A stretch of 64,000 nt of DNA from an uncultured Poribacteria bacterium. Its GTDB lineage: Bacteria; Poribacteria; WGA-4E; WGA-3G. A program made the translations under genes and the position numbers. The notes beneath the pieces are model-generated. The model was not told the origin of the DNA and ran no database searches. It saw nothing but the letters and a program-made list of their open reading frames with translations. Of this stretch, positions 50,898 through 62,100 are shown in pieces (positions within the stretch are counted from its first letter, which is position 1; every line of letters begins with the position of its first letter). The DNA lies in the NCBI GenBank assembly GCA_958296135.2, contig CATQHZ020000001.1, positions 640,001-704,000 of the forward strand, read 5' to 3'.

Positions 50898-50926
50898 ATT
50901 ATACCACAAAATGTATTTGAAGTCAA
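50898..50926 (-). promoter_or_regulatory. Sigma70 promoter TTGACT-N17-TATAAT
   Basis: Near-consensus hexamers upstream of the DUF932-like gene. Confidence 0.6.
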
Positions 50927-51114
50927 ACTTTTTCCCCGGGAAAATTTCTGAAAATTCATTATGGAGTTTCCCCAGTCCTGATCGAGATTCGTTGTACAAG
51001 TGATTCGGAGATTGCGGTTCCCGGGCAACCGAATGGGATATAGTCGTTTATATAGAGCCAGAACAGGCTAACCTAGAGTTGCAGCGAAACGGTTCTAAGC
51101 TTCTCCGATGTTCA

Positions 51115-51462
51115 CTATTCTATGGACTTCAAGGCATCTTTCACCATTTTTTTTGCGACTGCCTTCATCTGTTTTTCCATCTCTTTCCTATTGCGTTTGT
51201 AAAGCCAAGTAGGAATAAGCGGGCCTGTCCGACGATGATTGTAGATTGCATCTTGTAATTCACGGGAAGCATCAGTTGATTTTTCGGTTTTCGCGCCTCT
51301 TAAGGTATGGGTCCGAGTGCCGCCCCTCAGCAGCAACTTGTCACGAACCCAACCTTCAAATAATGTGAAATGATACCATCCGCGGTCGGAAATGTCAAGT
51401 TTTTTTGCAATTCGCGCCGCTACGCATCTGTCAGCATATCGGCGATGGAGGGTGGCAGACAC
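51115..51462 (-). CDS. Hypothetical protein or gene fragment
   Basis: Protein-like ORF overlapping the end of the TPR gene; no convincing start. Confidence 0.35.
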   Translation of the reverse strand: MSATLHRRYADRCVAARIAKKLDISDRGWYHFTLFEGWVRDKLLLRGGTRTHTLRGAKTEKSTDASRELQDAIYNHRRTGPLIPTWLYKRNRKEMEKQMKAVAKKMVKDALKSIE

Positions 51463-52088
51463 ACGCCAAACTCCCGTTCAAAGGCCGGCACGTCGCCGAA
51501 CTCGCGCCGGAACTCGGCGACGATATCCAACTTCTTCTTTCCTGCGGTTGCGAAATCAGCGCGGGCGTTCTCCCACTGCTGCAAGCGCAGCCAGACGATG
51601 CCGCGGTGATAGTAGGCGTTGACAGAATTTCCGAGTATCGCCTGACTAAAGTCAGCAATCGCTTTGTCAAAGTCACCGGTGTCGCAGTAAATGAGCCCGC
51701 GATAGGTGTGTGCAGCGGCGTAATAGGGGGAGAGCTCTATCGCGCGGCTACAGTCCTTGAGCGCAAGGTCCACTTCGCCTTTATCGGAATAAGCCAGTCC
51801 GCGATGGTAATAGGCATCGGCAAGATCGGCACGGTTCGGTTCCAGAACCATCACTTTGGTAAAATCCTTGATGGCAAGGTCTAGTTCACCTTTTTTGAAG
51901 TAAGCCAGTCCGCGATAACCATAGGCCCAGCGAAAATCTGGGAAGAGTTCTAGTGCCTTATTAAAGTCCTCAATCGCTCGGACATGCTCGCCTTTCTGGT
52001 AATAAGCCAGCCCGCGATAGACATAGGCTCTAGTGAGCGTATCCTTATCACTCAGACTGAGCGATTTGACTTTATCAGTAGATTTCAT
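51420..52088 (-). CDS. Tetratricopeptide repeat protein
   Basis: About five AYxxRGLAY...AIxDFxKA units. Confidence 0.88.
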   Translation of the reverse strand: MKSTDKVKSLSLSDKDTLTRAYVYRGLAYYQKGEHVRAIEDFNKALELFPDFRWAYGYRGLAYFKKGELDLAIKDFTKVMVLEPNRADLADAYYHRGLAYSDKGEVDLALKDCSRAIELSPYYAAAHTYRGLIYCDTGDFDKAIADFSQAILGNSVNAYYHRGIVWLRLQQWENARADFATAGKKKLDIVAEFRREFGDVPAFEREFGVCLPPSIADMLTDA

Positions 52089-52132
52089 TTTTGTTCACCT
52101 TTGCTCCCTCAAGCGAACTCCGTTAATATCAT

Positions 52133-52250
52133 ATTATACCCTCTCCGAACAGAATTGTCAAGTTTTTGGCAATAAGGCATCCTGATTCAGACAGCAAAGG
52201 CATCGCGTCCTCAATAAAAATTTGCAATCCACCCGCAAATGTGGTATAAT
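52133..52250. promoter_or_regulatory. Divergent promoters for the TPR gene (TTGACA-N17-TATAAT, minus) and sucC (TTGCAA-N17-TATAAT, plus)
   Basis: Hexamers at 52156-52161/52133-52138 and 52222-52227/52245-52250. Confidence 0.65.
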
Positions 52251-52273
52251 ATTTTATAAGGAGCATACGTTTC

Positions 52274-53458
52274 ATGAACATCCACGAATATCAAGCAAAA
52301 GAAATCCTGAAATCCCACGGAGTCAGCATGCCACCCGGCGGTGTCGCCGAGGCACCGGACGAAGCAGAAACTGTCGCACGGGAGCTCGGCTGTGCCCAGT
52401 TCATCGTGAAGGCGCAGATTCATGCCGGTGGCCGCGGAAAGGGCGGCGGCATAAAATTGGCTAAAACACCCGCCGAAGTCCGACAACAAGCAGAAAATAT
52501 CCTCGGCATGCAACTTATCACGCCGCAGACGGGACCGGAAGGGAAACTCGTCCGGCAGGTGCTTGTCACCGAAGCGGTGCACTTAGATAAAGAGTTCTAC
52601 CTCGCCATCCTCGTTGACAGAGAGATTTCGCAGCTCGCTTTAATCGGGTGCGCCGAAGGGGGCATCAACATCGAAGAAGTCGCGGCGCAGACTCCCGAAA
52701 AGATTATTCGGACACAACTCGATCCGGCGTTCGGATTAACGCCATTTCAAGCGCGGCAGTTTGCGTATCGGCTCATCACTGACGAAGCCTATCGCGAACT
52801 CATCCCGAAGGCAACGCAACTCATCCTGTCGCTTTACGATGCCTTTACCGCATGCGATTGCTCGCTCGTGGAGATTAACCCGTTGGCGATTGTTAAAACG
52901 GGCGATGGACTGGACATCGCCGCTGTCGATGCCAAGGTGAACCTTGACGATAACGCGCTTTGGCGGCACCCAGAGCTCGCTGCGATGCGCGACCCGCACG
53001 AAGAAGACGCTCGCGAATTGGAGGCAAGCGAATCCGGTCTCAGTTATATTCGGCTTGATGGCAATATCGGGTGCATGGTGAACGGTGCCGGGCTCGCCAT
53101 GGCGACGATGGACATTATCAAACAGCACGGCGGAGAGCCGGCGAATTTCTTGGATGTCGGCGGCGGTGCTTCGACAGAGGCAGTCGCGCACGCCTTCCGC
53201 CTCATCCTCGCCGATGAGAACGTCAAGGCGGTGCTCGTCAACATTTTCGGCGGTATCATGAAATGCGACACGATTGCGAACGGTATCGTTGAGGCAGCCA
53301 AGCAGGTTTCGCTCAATGTGCCATTGGTGGTGCGGTTGGAAGGCACGAACGTGGAACTCGGCAAACAGATTATCGCCGATTCAGAGATGAACGTTCAATC
53401 AGCGGAGGGGCTTGCGGATGCGGCGCAATTGGCTGTGGCGGCGGCGACTGCAGCCTAA
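52274..53458 (+). CDS. sucC: Succinyl-CoA ligase beta subunit
   Basis: MNIHEYQAK, KAQIHAGGRGKGGG, NGAGLAMATMD, NIFGGI. Confidence 0.96.
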   Translation: MNIHEYQAKEILKSHGVSMPPGGVAEAPDEAETVARELGCAQFIVKAQIHAGGRGKGGGIKLAKTPAEVRQQAENILGMQLITPQTGPEGKLVRQVLVTEAVHLDKEFYLAILVDREISQLALIGCAEGGINIEEVAAQTPEKIIRTQLDPAFGLTPFQARQFAYRLITDEAYRELIPKATQLILSLYDAFTACDCSLVEINPLAIVKTGDGLDIAAVDAKVNLDDNALWRHPELAAMRDPHEEDARELEASESGLSYIRLDGNIGCMVNGAGLAMATMDIIKQHGGEPANFLDVGGGASTEAVAHAFRLILADENVKAVLVNIFGGIMKCDTIANGIVEAAKQVSLNVPLVVRLEGTNVELGKQIIADSEMNVQSAEGLADAAQLAVAAATAA

Positions 53459-53801
53459 AGGAGAAAGCCAGCGAGACGCGGGAGGGTGCTCCTACTGAGA
53501 AAGCCATCGAGACCAGGAGGGCTCTCCTACTGGGAAGAAGGAGCATCGAGACAGGGAGATCTCTCCTACTGAGAAAGCCAGCGAGACCAGGAGGTCTCTC
53601 CTACTGAGAAAGCTATCGAGACCAGGAGGGCTCTCCTACTGGGACATCGGGACAGATAGCATTACGGATAAACGCTGCGGCGACTGCAGCCTAAAGGAGA
53701 AAGCCATCGAGACGCGGGAGGGCTCTCCTACTGAGAAAGCCAGCGAGACGCGGGGGGGCTCTCCTACCGGGACATCGGGACAGATAGCATTATGGATAAA
53801 C
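53441..53801. repeat. REP array (7 CGAGAC...CTCCTAC units) within a duplicated sucC-end/pgk-start segment
   Basis: gcggcgactgcagcctaaaggagaaagcca at 53441 and 53677; gggacatcgggacagatagcatta(c/t)ggataaac at 53641 and 53769. Confidence 0.9.
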
Positions 53802-54973
53802 TGGGATTAAGCGATGTAGATGTTTCAGGGAAGCGGGTGCTGGTGCGCGTGGATTTCAATGTGCCAATGAAAGATGGACACATCACCGATGAAACCCGTA
53901 TCACCGCGGCGCTGCCGACGCTCTTGGAACTCATCAATCGGAACGCGAAAATCGTCCTCGTGACGCACTTGGGGAGACCGGCGGGGAGAACGCCTGCACT
54001 CTCCACAGCCCCCCTCGCCGAGGCACTCAGTAAGCGGCTTGGCAGGCGCGTCGCGCACGTCGGCGATTGCATCGGCGAAGCAGTGCAAAATGCCACCGCG
54101 TCGTTGGAAGATGGCGATGTCCTGCTCCTTGAGAACATCCGTTTCTATGCAGAAGAGACAGCCAACGATGCCGAATTTGCGAAACAACTTGCTTCCTGCG
54201 CGGACGTTTACGTCAACGATGCGTTCGGCACGGCGCATCGCGCCCATGCCTCAACGGAAGGCGTGACGCACTACCTGAACCCATGCGCCGCCGGTTTCTT
54301 GATGGCGCGCGAAATTTATTATCTTAGCACAACTCTGGATAACCCCGAACGTCCTTATGTTGCCATCCTCGGTGGTGCGAAGATATCGGACAAAATTACG
54401 CTGATTGAGAATTTGCTAGGCAACGTGGATAGCCTTCTGATTGGCGGCGGCATGGCCTACACGTTCTTCGCGGCGATGGGGCTGCCTGTCGGCGATTCGC
54501 TCGTTGAAACGGAGAAACTTGACGTTGCGAAATCGCTTATTGAACAGGACCGGTTTGCTAACACCGTCCTCCTACCGCTGGACAACATTGTCGGTAGCGC
54601 GTTTCACGCGGAAACCGAATCCCAACTTGCTTACAGCGGGCATATCCCCGATGGTTGGCAAGGCATGGACATCGGTTCGCAGACGGTTGATGCCTTCGGT
54701 GAAGCGATAGCCGCCGCCAAAACCGTAGTCTGGAACGGCCCACTCGGTGTCTACGAATTTGAGCGGTTCGCGCAAGGCACTATTGCCGTCGCCAAGCGTA
54801 TCGCCGAATCCGACGCAATGAGCATCATCGGCGGTGGCGACTGCGTCGCGGCAATCCAACAGGCGGGCGTTGCCAACAAGATGACGCATATCTCCACAGG
54901 CGGCGGAGCCTCTCTTGAGTTTTTGGAGGGCAGACCGCTCCCCGGCATCGCCGCGTTAACAGACAAACGATGA
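53792..54973 (+). CDS. pgk: Phosphoglycerate kinase
   Basis: [32 protein letters not shown]. Confidence 0.97.
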   Translation: MDKLGLSDVDVSGKRVLVRVDFNVPMKDGHITDETRITAALPTLLELINRNAKIVLVTHLGRPAGRTPALSTAPLAEALSKRLGRRVAHVGDCIGEAVQNATASLEDGDVLLLENIRFYAEETANDAEFAKQLASCADVYVNDAFGTAHRAHASTEGVTHYLNPCAAGFLMAREIYYLSTTLDNPERPYVAILGGAKISDKITLIENLLGNVDSLLIGGGMAYTFFAAMGLPVGDSLVETEKLDVAKSLIEQDRFANTVLLPLDNIVGSAFHAETESQLAYSGHIPDGWQGMDIGSQTVDAFGEAIAAAKTVVWNGPLGVYEFERFAQGTIAVAKRIAESDAMSIIGGGDCVAAIQQAGVANKMTHISTGGGASLEFLEGRPLPGIAALTDKR

Positions 54974-55080
54974 AGCCACTAATCAAAAACCGAGCTTACG
55001 CCAACGGCGTAAGCGGCCCTGGCAAGAAAACGCTTCTGCCTCAGAAACCCTAACCGAACGCTTTGCGACAATAAAAAAGA

Positions 55081-56529
55081 ATGTTCAACAAAATTGTTCC
55101 TCGTAGTGAAGACTACGCCAAATGGTATACCCAGGTCATCCGGCAGGCGGAGATGGCGGATTACGCGCCCGTGCGCGGATGCATGGTGGTACGCCCCTAC
55201 GGCTTCGCGCTTTGGGAGAACGTTAAAGAACAACTTGACTCCCGATTTAAAGCCACCGGACACCAAAACGCAGCGTTTCCCCTTTTCATCCCGATGAGTT
55301 TCATTGAGAAGGAAGCGGAGCATGTTGAAGGTTTCAAACCCGAACTCGCCGTTGTCACACACGGCGGTGGCAAAAAGTTGGATGAACCGCTTGTCGTCCG
55401 TCCGACCTCGGAGACTATCATCGGTTATATGTATAGCCAGTGGATCCAGTCCTACCGCGACCTGCCGGTGCTCATCAACCAGTGGGCAAACGTGGTGCGG
55501 TGGGAGTTGCGGCCCCGGCTTTTCCTCCGGACGATGGAGTTTTTCTGGCAGGAAGGGCACACGGCGCACGCCACACACGCGGAAGCGAAAGAAGAAACCC
55601 TGCGCATCCTTGATATCTACACCGACTTCGCTGTCAACGAAGCCGCGATTCCGGTCATCCCCGGTCGCAAGAGTGAGAGCGAGAAGTTTCCCGGTGCGCT
55701 GACTTCCTACACCATCGAGGCGATGATGGGCGACAAGCGCGGGCTCCAAGCCGGTACCTCGCACGACCTCGGGCAAAACTTCGCCAAAGCGTTTGACATT
55801 CAATATCTGGATGCAAACCAGAAGCAGCAGCACTGCTGGACAACCAGTTGGGGTGTTAGCACTCGCATGATAGGCGCGATTATCATGGCGCACGGCGATG
55901 ACCAGGGGTTAGTGCTTCCCCCACGCCTCGCGCCGACACAACTCGTCATCGTCCCAATCACGCCGAAAAACCGAGAGGACGACAAGCAAGCTGTCATGGA
56001 TGCGGTTGCCAAAATCTGCGAAACGTTAGACGGCGTTCGGTATCACGTTGACGATAGGCATGACTACTCTCCCGGCTGGCGATTCAACGAGTGGGAGCTC
56101 AAAGGTGTGCCACTGCGCATCGAGATTGGCCCCCGAGACTTGCAGAAAGACCAGGTTGTCCTCGCACGGCGCGATATCCTCGGCCGCGATGGCCCCCGCG
56201 GTGGAAAAACGTTTGTCGCCATCGACAACGTTGCCAACGAGGTGAAGCAGATGCTTGACACCATTCAAGCCGATATGCTGAAACGGGCGACAGCCTTCCG
56301 CGATGCGAACACTTTTGAACCTACCTCTTATGAAGCGTTTCAGGAGGTTGTGGAGGAAGGATTCGCGCGCGCGTGGTGGTGCGGGGACGAAGCGTGCGAA
56401 GCCAAGGTAAAAGAGGACACGCAGGCAACTATTCGATGCGTCCCGATTGCGCAACCTGATGGGGCGGGGCACTGCATCGTCTGCGGTGCAGCTGCCGAGG
56501 AAATCGCCATTTTCGCGCGTGCGTATTAG
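55081..56529 (+). CDS. proS: Proline--tRNA ligase (archaeal/eukaryotic-like type)
   Basis: RPTSET, NQWANVVRWE, WQEGHT, SWGVSTR, C-terminal FARAY. Confidence 0.95.
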   Translation: MFNKIVPRSEDYAKWYTQVIRQAEMADYAPVRGCMVVRPYGFALWENVKEQLDSRFKATGHQNAAFPLFIPMSFIEKEAEHVEGFKPELAVVTHGGGKKLDEPLVVRPTSETIIGYMYSQWIQSYRDLPVLINQWANVVRWELRPRLFLRTMEFFWQEGHTAHATHAEAKEETLRILDIYTDFAVNEAAIPVIPGRKSESEKFPGALTSYTIEAMMGDKRGLQAGTSHDLGQNFAKAFDIQYLDANQKQQHCWTTSWGVSTRMIGAIIMAHGDDQGLVLPPRLAPTQLVIVPITPKNREDDKQAVMDAVAKICETLDGVRYHVDDRHDYSPGWRFNEWELKGVPLRIEIGPRDLQKDQVVLARRDILGRDGPRGGKTFVAIDNVANEVKQMLDTIQADMLKRATAFRDANTFEPTSYEAFQEVVEEGFARAWWCGDEACEAKVKEDTQATIRCVPIAQPDGAGHCIVCGAAAEEIAIFARAY

Positions 56530-56553
56530 ATTTTTCGTTGTTAGGGATGTTAT

Positions 56554-57453
56554 ATGAGCATACTTGTTAACAAATACACAAAAGTCATCGTTCAGGGTAT
56601 CACTGGGAGTTCCGGACGTTTCCATACCGAGCAGTGCGCTGCTTACGGCACCCAGGTCGTTGCGGGTGCTGTGCCGGGCAGAGGCGGTTCCGATGTCAAC
56701 GGCATCCCGGTTTTCGATACTGTCGCCGAAGGGGTTGCGGCAACCGGGGCGAACACCTCCATGATTCTCGTCCCCGCGCGATTCGCCGCCGATTCGGTGA
56801 TGGAGGCCGCTGCTGCGGGTGTCAATCTGATCGTCTGTATCTCCGAACACATCCCGGTTCTGGATATGGTGAGAGCGAAAGCGTATTTAGCGCGTTTCCA
56901 AGGCGCGCCTACCGGTGCTGCCCCGCGCCTCATCGGGCCGAACTGCCCCGGGATTATTACCCCTGGCGAGTGCAAAATCGGTGTGATGCCGGCGTTTGCC
57001 TATAGTCGCGGCAACGTTGGCATCGTCTCTCGGAGCGGCACGCTGACGTACGAGGCGGCATTCCAACTCAAGCAGCTCGGTATCGGGCAGTCGACCTGTG
57101 TTGGTATCGGCGGCGATCCGGTTATCGGCACAAACTTCGTTGATGTTCTCCAACTTTTCGAGGCTGATGCCGAGACGCACGCCGTTGTGATGATTGGCGA
57201 AATCGGCGGTTCGGCAGAAGAGACAGCGGCGGCGTTCGTGAAGGCGAAAATGTCGAAGCCGGTCGTCGGCTTTATTGCGGGACAAACCGCGCCGTCCGGC
57301 AAACGGATGGGCCATGCAGGCGCGATTATCTCCGGCGGAAAAGGCACGGCAGCCGAGAAAATCGCGGCCCTTGAGAATGCCGACATCGTCGTCGCAGAAA
57401 GCCTCGCCACCATTGGGCACACCGTTGCAAGCGTTTTGGCTAATGTTGCTTGA
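56554..57453 (+). CDS. sucD: Succinyl-CoA ligase alpha subunit
   Basis: [27 protein letters not shown]. Confidence 0.96.
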   Translation: MSILVNKYTKVIVQGITGSSGRFHTEQCAAYGTQVVAGAVPGRGGSDVNGIPVFDTVAEGVAATGANTSMILVPARFAADSVMEAAAAGVNLIVCISEHIPVLDMVRAKAYLARFQGAPTGAAPRLIGPNCPGIITPGECKIGVMPAFAYSRGNVGIVSRSGTLTYEAAFQLKQLGIGQSTCVGIGGDPVIGTNFVDVLQLFEADAETHAVVMIGEIGGSAEETAAAFVKAKMSKPVVGFIAGQTAPSGKRMGHAGAIISGGKGTAAEKIAALENADIVVAESLATIGHTVASVLANVA

Positions 57454-57542
57454 ATCGTTTCGTCTAACTTTGTCATCTCTGCAGCCTCGCTGCAGCGATG
57501 TCCACTGTCCTTCGCCGGGCCCCAGTCTTCGCAAAACAGCTA

Positions 57543-58445
57543 ATGAAAAAAGACATCCGTTTTCTGCACACCAAGAAACAGCGGCGTGAACCCATCACCG
57601 TGCTAACCTGCTACGATTATCCCACCGCCTGCCTGCAAGACAAAGCCGGGATTGACATCATCTTTGTCGGTGATAGCGTCGGCACGAATGTGCTCGGCTA
57701 CCAGCACGAGACAGAGGTGACGATGGGGGATATGCTCCATCACCTGAAAGCGGTGCGCCGTGGGGTGACGGATGCCTATCTCCTCGTTGACATGCCTTAC
57801 GCCGCTTTTCAATCCGCTGCACAAACGGGTGGATATAGAAATCCGCCCTTACAAGCGTCTAATTTGAGCCCATCCGTTCCTGAGCCGGCAGACCCGGTTA
57901 TTGCCAACGCGCGCCGTTTTCTATCGCACGGCGCGAATGGCGTTAAATTGGAGGGCGGCGTTGAAAAAGTGCCGATTATCGCCGCGTTAACCGAAGCCGG
58001 TATGGAGACATGCGCGCATATCGGGCATAATCCGCAAATCCACGGCACCAAAGCCGCCACGCACGGAAAAACGGTGGCGAAAGCGAAACACCTCATCGAA
58101 ACCGCTATTGCCCTCGCAGACGCTGGCGCGAAACTCATCGTGCTCGAAAAAGTCACTGAAGAGGTAAGTCAACTCATCACGGAAGCCGTGCCTATCCCGA
58201 CTATCGGCATCGGCGCGGGGCGGTTTTGCGATGGACAGGTGCTGGTAATCAACGATGTGTTAGGTATGGGCCCAGCCTTCAAGCATGCCAAGCGGTATCA
58301 GGAATATGACAGCCTGACGTTTGAGGCTATTTGCCAATACAAACAGGAGGTTGAAGGTGGTGATTTCCCAACGGATGCCAATGCGGCGCACCTTGCCCCT
58401 GATAAATTGGCGCGGGTGCAGAAGTGGTTGGCATTGCGGCATTAA
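57543..58445 (+). CDS. panB: 3-methyl-2-oxobutanoate hydroxymethyltransferase with internal insertion
   Basis: LTCYD, VGDS, VDMPY, VKLEGG, IGIGAG, DGQVLV. Confidence 0.92.
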   Translation: MKKDIRFLHTKKQRREPITVLTCYDYPTACLQDKAGIDIIFVGDSVGTNVLGYQHETEVTMGDMLHHLKAVRRGVTDAYLLVDMPYAAFQSAAQTGGYRNPPLQASNLSPSVPEPADPVIANARRFLSHGANGVKLEGGVEKVPIIAALTEAGMETCAHIGHNPQIHGTKAATHGKTVAKAKHLIETAIALADAGAKLIVLEKVTEEVSQLITEAVPIPTIGIGAGRFCDGQVLVINDVLGMGPAFKHAKRYQEYDSLTFEAICQYKQEVEGGDFPTDANAAHLAPDKLARVQKWLALRH

Positions 58446-58517
58446 TCCCAAACAAGACTTTATGTAAGGCCTCTTGCGATGCGGTTTCCAACGCTTGAAG
58501 AGGCGCACCCGGAAAAA

Positions 58518-59081
58518 TCAACATCCCAGAAAATTCCGCAACACATCCTTCCCTGCCACCGTCAGGATAGACTCCGGATGAAACTGCACACCCCAGACAG
58601 GCAGCGTCTTATGCCGGAGCCCCATGATTTCATCCTGCTCTGTCCACGCCGTGATTTTCAGGCATGCCGGCAACGTATCCCTTTTCACGATGAGCGAGTG
58701 GTAACGCGTCGCCTCAAACGGATTGTCTAAGCCTTCAAACAACTCCGCGCCATCATGCGCTACGGGGGAAGTTTTGCCGTGCATCAGCCGGGCTGCGCGG
58801 ACTACCTCGCCGCCGAATACCTCGCCGATGCACTGATGCCCCAGGCAGACACCTAAAATCGGCACTTTGCCCGCAAAATGTCGGATGACATCGTTGGAGA
58901 TGCCCGCTTCTGTCGGTGTGCAGGGCCCTGGGGAAATGACGATGCGTTCCGGTGCGAGCGCGTCCAATTCATCAAGTGTCACCTTGCGGCTCCGATGCAC
59001 CTGCAATTCCGCGCCGAGTTCACCAAGGTACTGCACGAGGTTATAGGTAAATGAGTCATAGTTGTCAATCATCAAGACCAC
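58518..59081 (-). CDS. trpG: Anthranilate synthase/aminodeoxychorismate synthase glutamine amidotransferase
   Basis: [28 protein letters not shown]. Confidence 0.92.
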   Translation of the reverse strand: MVLMIDNYDSFTYNLVQYLGELGAELQVHRSRKVTLDELDALAPERIVISPGPCTPTEAGISNDVIRHFAGKVPILGVCLGHQCIGEVFGGEVVRAARLMHGKTSPVAHDGAELFEGLDNPFEATRYHSLIVKRDTLPACLKITAWTEQDEIMGLRHKTLPVWGVQFHPESILTVAGKDVLRNFLGC

Positions 59082-59148
59082 GGTTTTTCTCCTTTCATCG
59101 TAAGTTAACTTCTGTCGTTCGGGTTAGAATCAGTCGAGCCGGTTTGTG

Positions 59149-62100
59149 CTATACCTCATCAATGGCTTGCATGACGCGCAACGTCTCCGCTACCGATGCA
59201 AGCACCTGACGATACTGACGGATATCTGCATGCGTCAACGCCTCACCCCGCCGGTCGCGCAGCCACTTTTCGCAGACTTGATACGAACCTATCTCAAATG
59301 CCCACACCGCCGATGGCACCTCCGAGAAAGACTGCGTCCGATTTATCCAGACGCGCCCCTCGCGGTATTGCACGCGGGCGACAACGCTGTCGCCTTCTCC
59401 CTCAAATCGGGAAGTTGTACTCGGGTGCTCGCGCCTACCGAGGTGCGCGTCGATTAAGATGTGCCCGAGCCCCGCGAGTTTTTGGAACTGCGTCATATCT
59501 GTCGGCAAGGGGATGCGCGGGAAGTCGTATCTCAGGAATTCGGCATACCGTTCGCGATAAGCCGGACTGTGCAAAACGGCGTAGATATAGGCGAGGATGT
59601 CCTCCGGCGAGATGCCTTCGGGGAGTCCAAATTGCGCTGTCCGCGGCCCGCCGAGTTTCTCGGCGAGAGCCTTGAGAAAGGCAGGCGTTAAATTGAGTGC
59701 CCGTTCTCTCGCCAATTCCAACTCTTCTGGATGTGGATAAAGATAGAGCGGGAACACATAGCCGGATTCACTCGGCTTATTTGAAAGATAACACTTATCC
59801 GAAATCTTGTCAGTTACCAAAGCGTGTTGCCAGACAGGAATTGTGACAATACGACACGTGCAAAGCGCGAGGTTTTGCCCGGCGAGTAGATGGTGCATAA
59901 TGTTGCGGGCAGGCGTGCTATAAAACCCGCGTGACTGCCCGGTGTAGTAAGTGAAACGGGAGTCAAAAGCGCGATAGCCGGCACTCACGACGTACTCGTC
60001 TTTGGGGGAATAATGGGTTACGGAATCTCCTGTTTTGGCATCGCAATGCGCGCGGAGGTCTGCTTGTGCCGAATGCACCTTCCAATCGCGTCCATCCCGG
60101 CCCAAGTTATATCTGGCGCGTGCTTCTGCCTCTGAAAGTGGTGCGAAATCGGCTACCGTCTGACGAACGGCTTCCTCCGTGCGATGCATGGTTAATTTAT
60201 CCCGCGATGTCACGAACCCAACCGAGCGTTCTTGAAAGATGTCGGTGACGCGCCAGCCGTTCTCATATTCCGCCTTGTGTTCAGTGCGCTGCGGCACGAA
60301 GAGGTAAAGCGGCGAAGAAGGATGGAGTTCCTCCCAATCGGTGCTCAGGACATCCGAGGATGCCAGCACACGATACTTTTCCTCGCGGCTCCCCCACATA
60401 TCCGCGTAATAGACTTTCGCAGGTGCCGGATTGCCCCGCTCTTTCACGCACAACAAGATAGATACCCCTTGTTGGATGTCAAAGACGTTTTCGTTACTTT
60501 GCCCATCAGGCACAGCCTCTGTCCTTCTGCTGTTTCCGTGCAAATTGAGAAGGTAAATCGCGTTGAAACTGTCGATCAAGCTATACCGCATCCCGCGAGG
60601 AATAGGACCATCAAGGAAACTATGGTTCACAATATAGCCCACAACCCCTTCGCCATTTTGTTCAATCCGCCACTGCGCCCAGCGGATAAACTTAACACAG
60701 TCACCTTGAAGGACTGTGGTACTCCTCTCGGACAGCGGCCGCCCTTCCACGCGTTTGTAATCCTCAATGAGTCTGCCGATAAAGGTGAATTCCCCATGCC
60801 TATTACGACTCAGGTTCGCGGAGTTCTCGGGATAAGGCGGATTGCCGACGATGACGAGCAGCGGCAAATCCCGTTTCACGGAGACCGCGGCGTTTGCCTC
60901 ATCGGTGAGGAATTCGGCGAAGATATGCCCCTCGCGTTCGACCGGGGCCTCCAGCGTATTGGTGAGGTAAATGTGGAGGCGTTCGGCATCCGACGGTGTC
61001 CACCCGTGCGCTTGCAAGAAGCGGCTCAGGTTGAGATGCGCAATCGTGTAAGGCGCGACGAGCAGCTCAAACCCGAACAGCCGCGGAACGAGTGAGGTGT
61101 TCACATAGGGGGCCCACGCCGCAGCGCCGTCTGTTTCGATGACGTGTTGGCGGATGTGGTTCAGCACGGCCATGAGGAACCCGCCGGTGCCGGTGGCCGG
61201 ATCGAGGATGAGCGTGTCATTATCGGCGAGGCCGTCTTGTTTTTTCAACGCCGTTTTGAGCAGTGCATCAACGGAGCGGACGATGTAGGAAATCACGGGT
61301 TGCGGCGTGTAGTAGACCCCTCTGTCGACGCGTCGCCTCGGGTCATAGGCGGCGAGGAATGTTTCGTAGAAGTGGATAACCGGGTCTTCGGCGTGCGTGC
61401 GTGCGTCAAAAGCGGTGCGGAGCATATCGGTAGAGACGCTGCGTAAGAGCGTGGCGATTTCATCTAAAATCCACGTGACGTTGCTGTTTTGCAGCCGTCG
61501 CGCCGTGATTTGTTGGAAGAGCTCAATCAGGAACGGGTTTGAGTTTGGCAGTGCGTCGGCGGCGGTGCTGCGCGAGAAGTTGGTTGCGTTCGGGAGCGTG
61601 TATCGCGCGGCGAACAGGCCGTAGGCGAGTGTTTGCGCGTACATATCGGCGAAATCGGGGGGTGTGAGCGTTGAGAGGAGTTGTTCCTGAAACGCCTTGA
61701 ACATGCGGAAGAGCGTGCTTTCTTCGTCGGTGAGTGCGGTTGCGATTTGGGTGTGGAGTTCGCGCGTGCGTCGGGCGAGGTGCGTTGCGAGCACCTCCGG
61801 TGTCGTGATGTTCAGTGTGCCTGCGCCGAAAAAGTGATTGAGGAGGGTTTCTAGTGTATGCACCGGGGAGAGGTTCGCCGTTGCGCGCAACTGTCCCTCG
61901 GTATAAAGTCGAAATTCAAGGAAATTGGTGAGGATAAAATTATCCAAGTTTTCGATGAAGCGCGCGTTCTGTTCGCGAGCGTGTCCGGTGAGTGCGTCCA
62001 AGTTCGTGCCGAATTTCTCGGCTTCGATATAGCCGATAGGGAGCAGGCCGGCCATGGCGATGAAATCCGGTCTGCCGACTTCGAGTTGGCGCGGTTCATG

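Noticed and set aside
53461-53767. REP array as a CRISPR array
   Set aside because: Units are degenerate and the short linkers are themselves repeated rather than unique spacers
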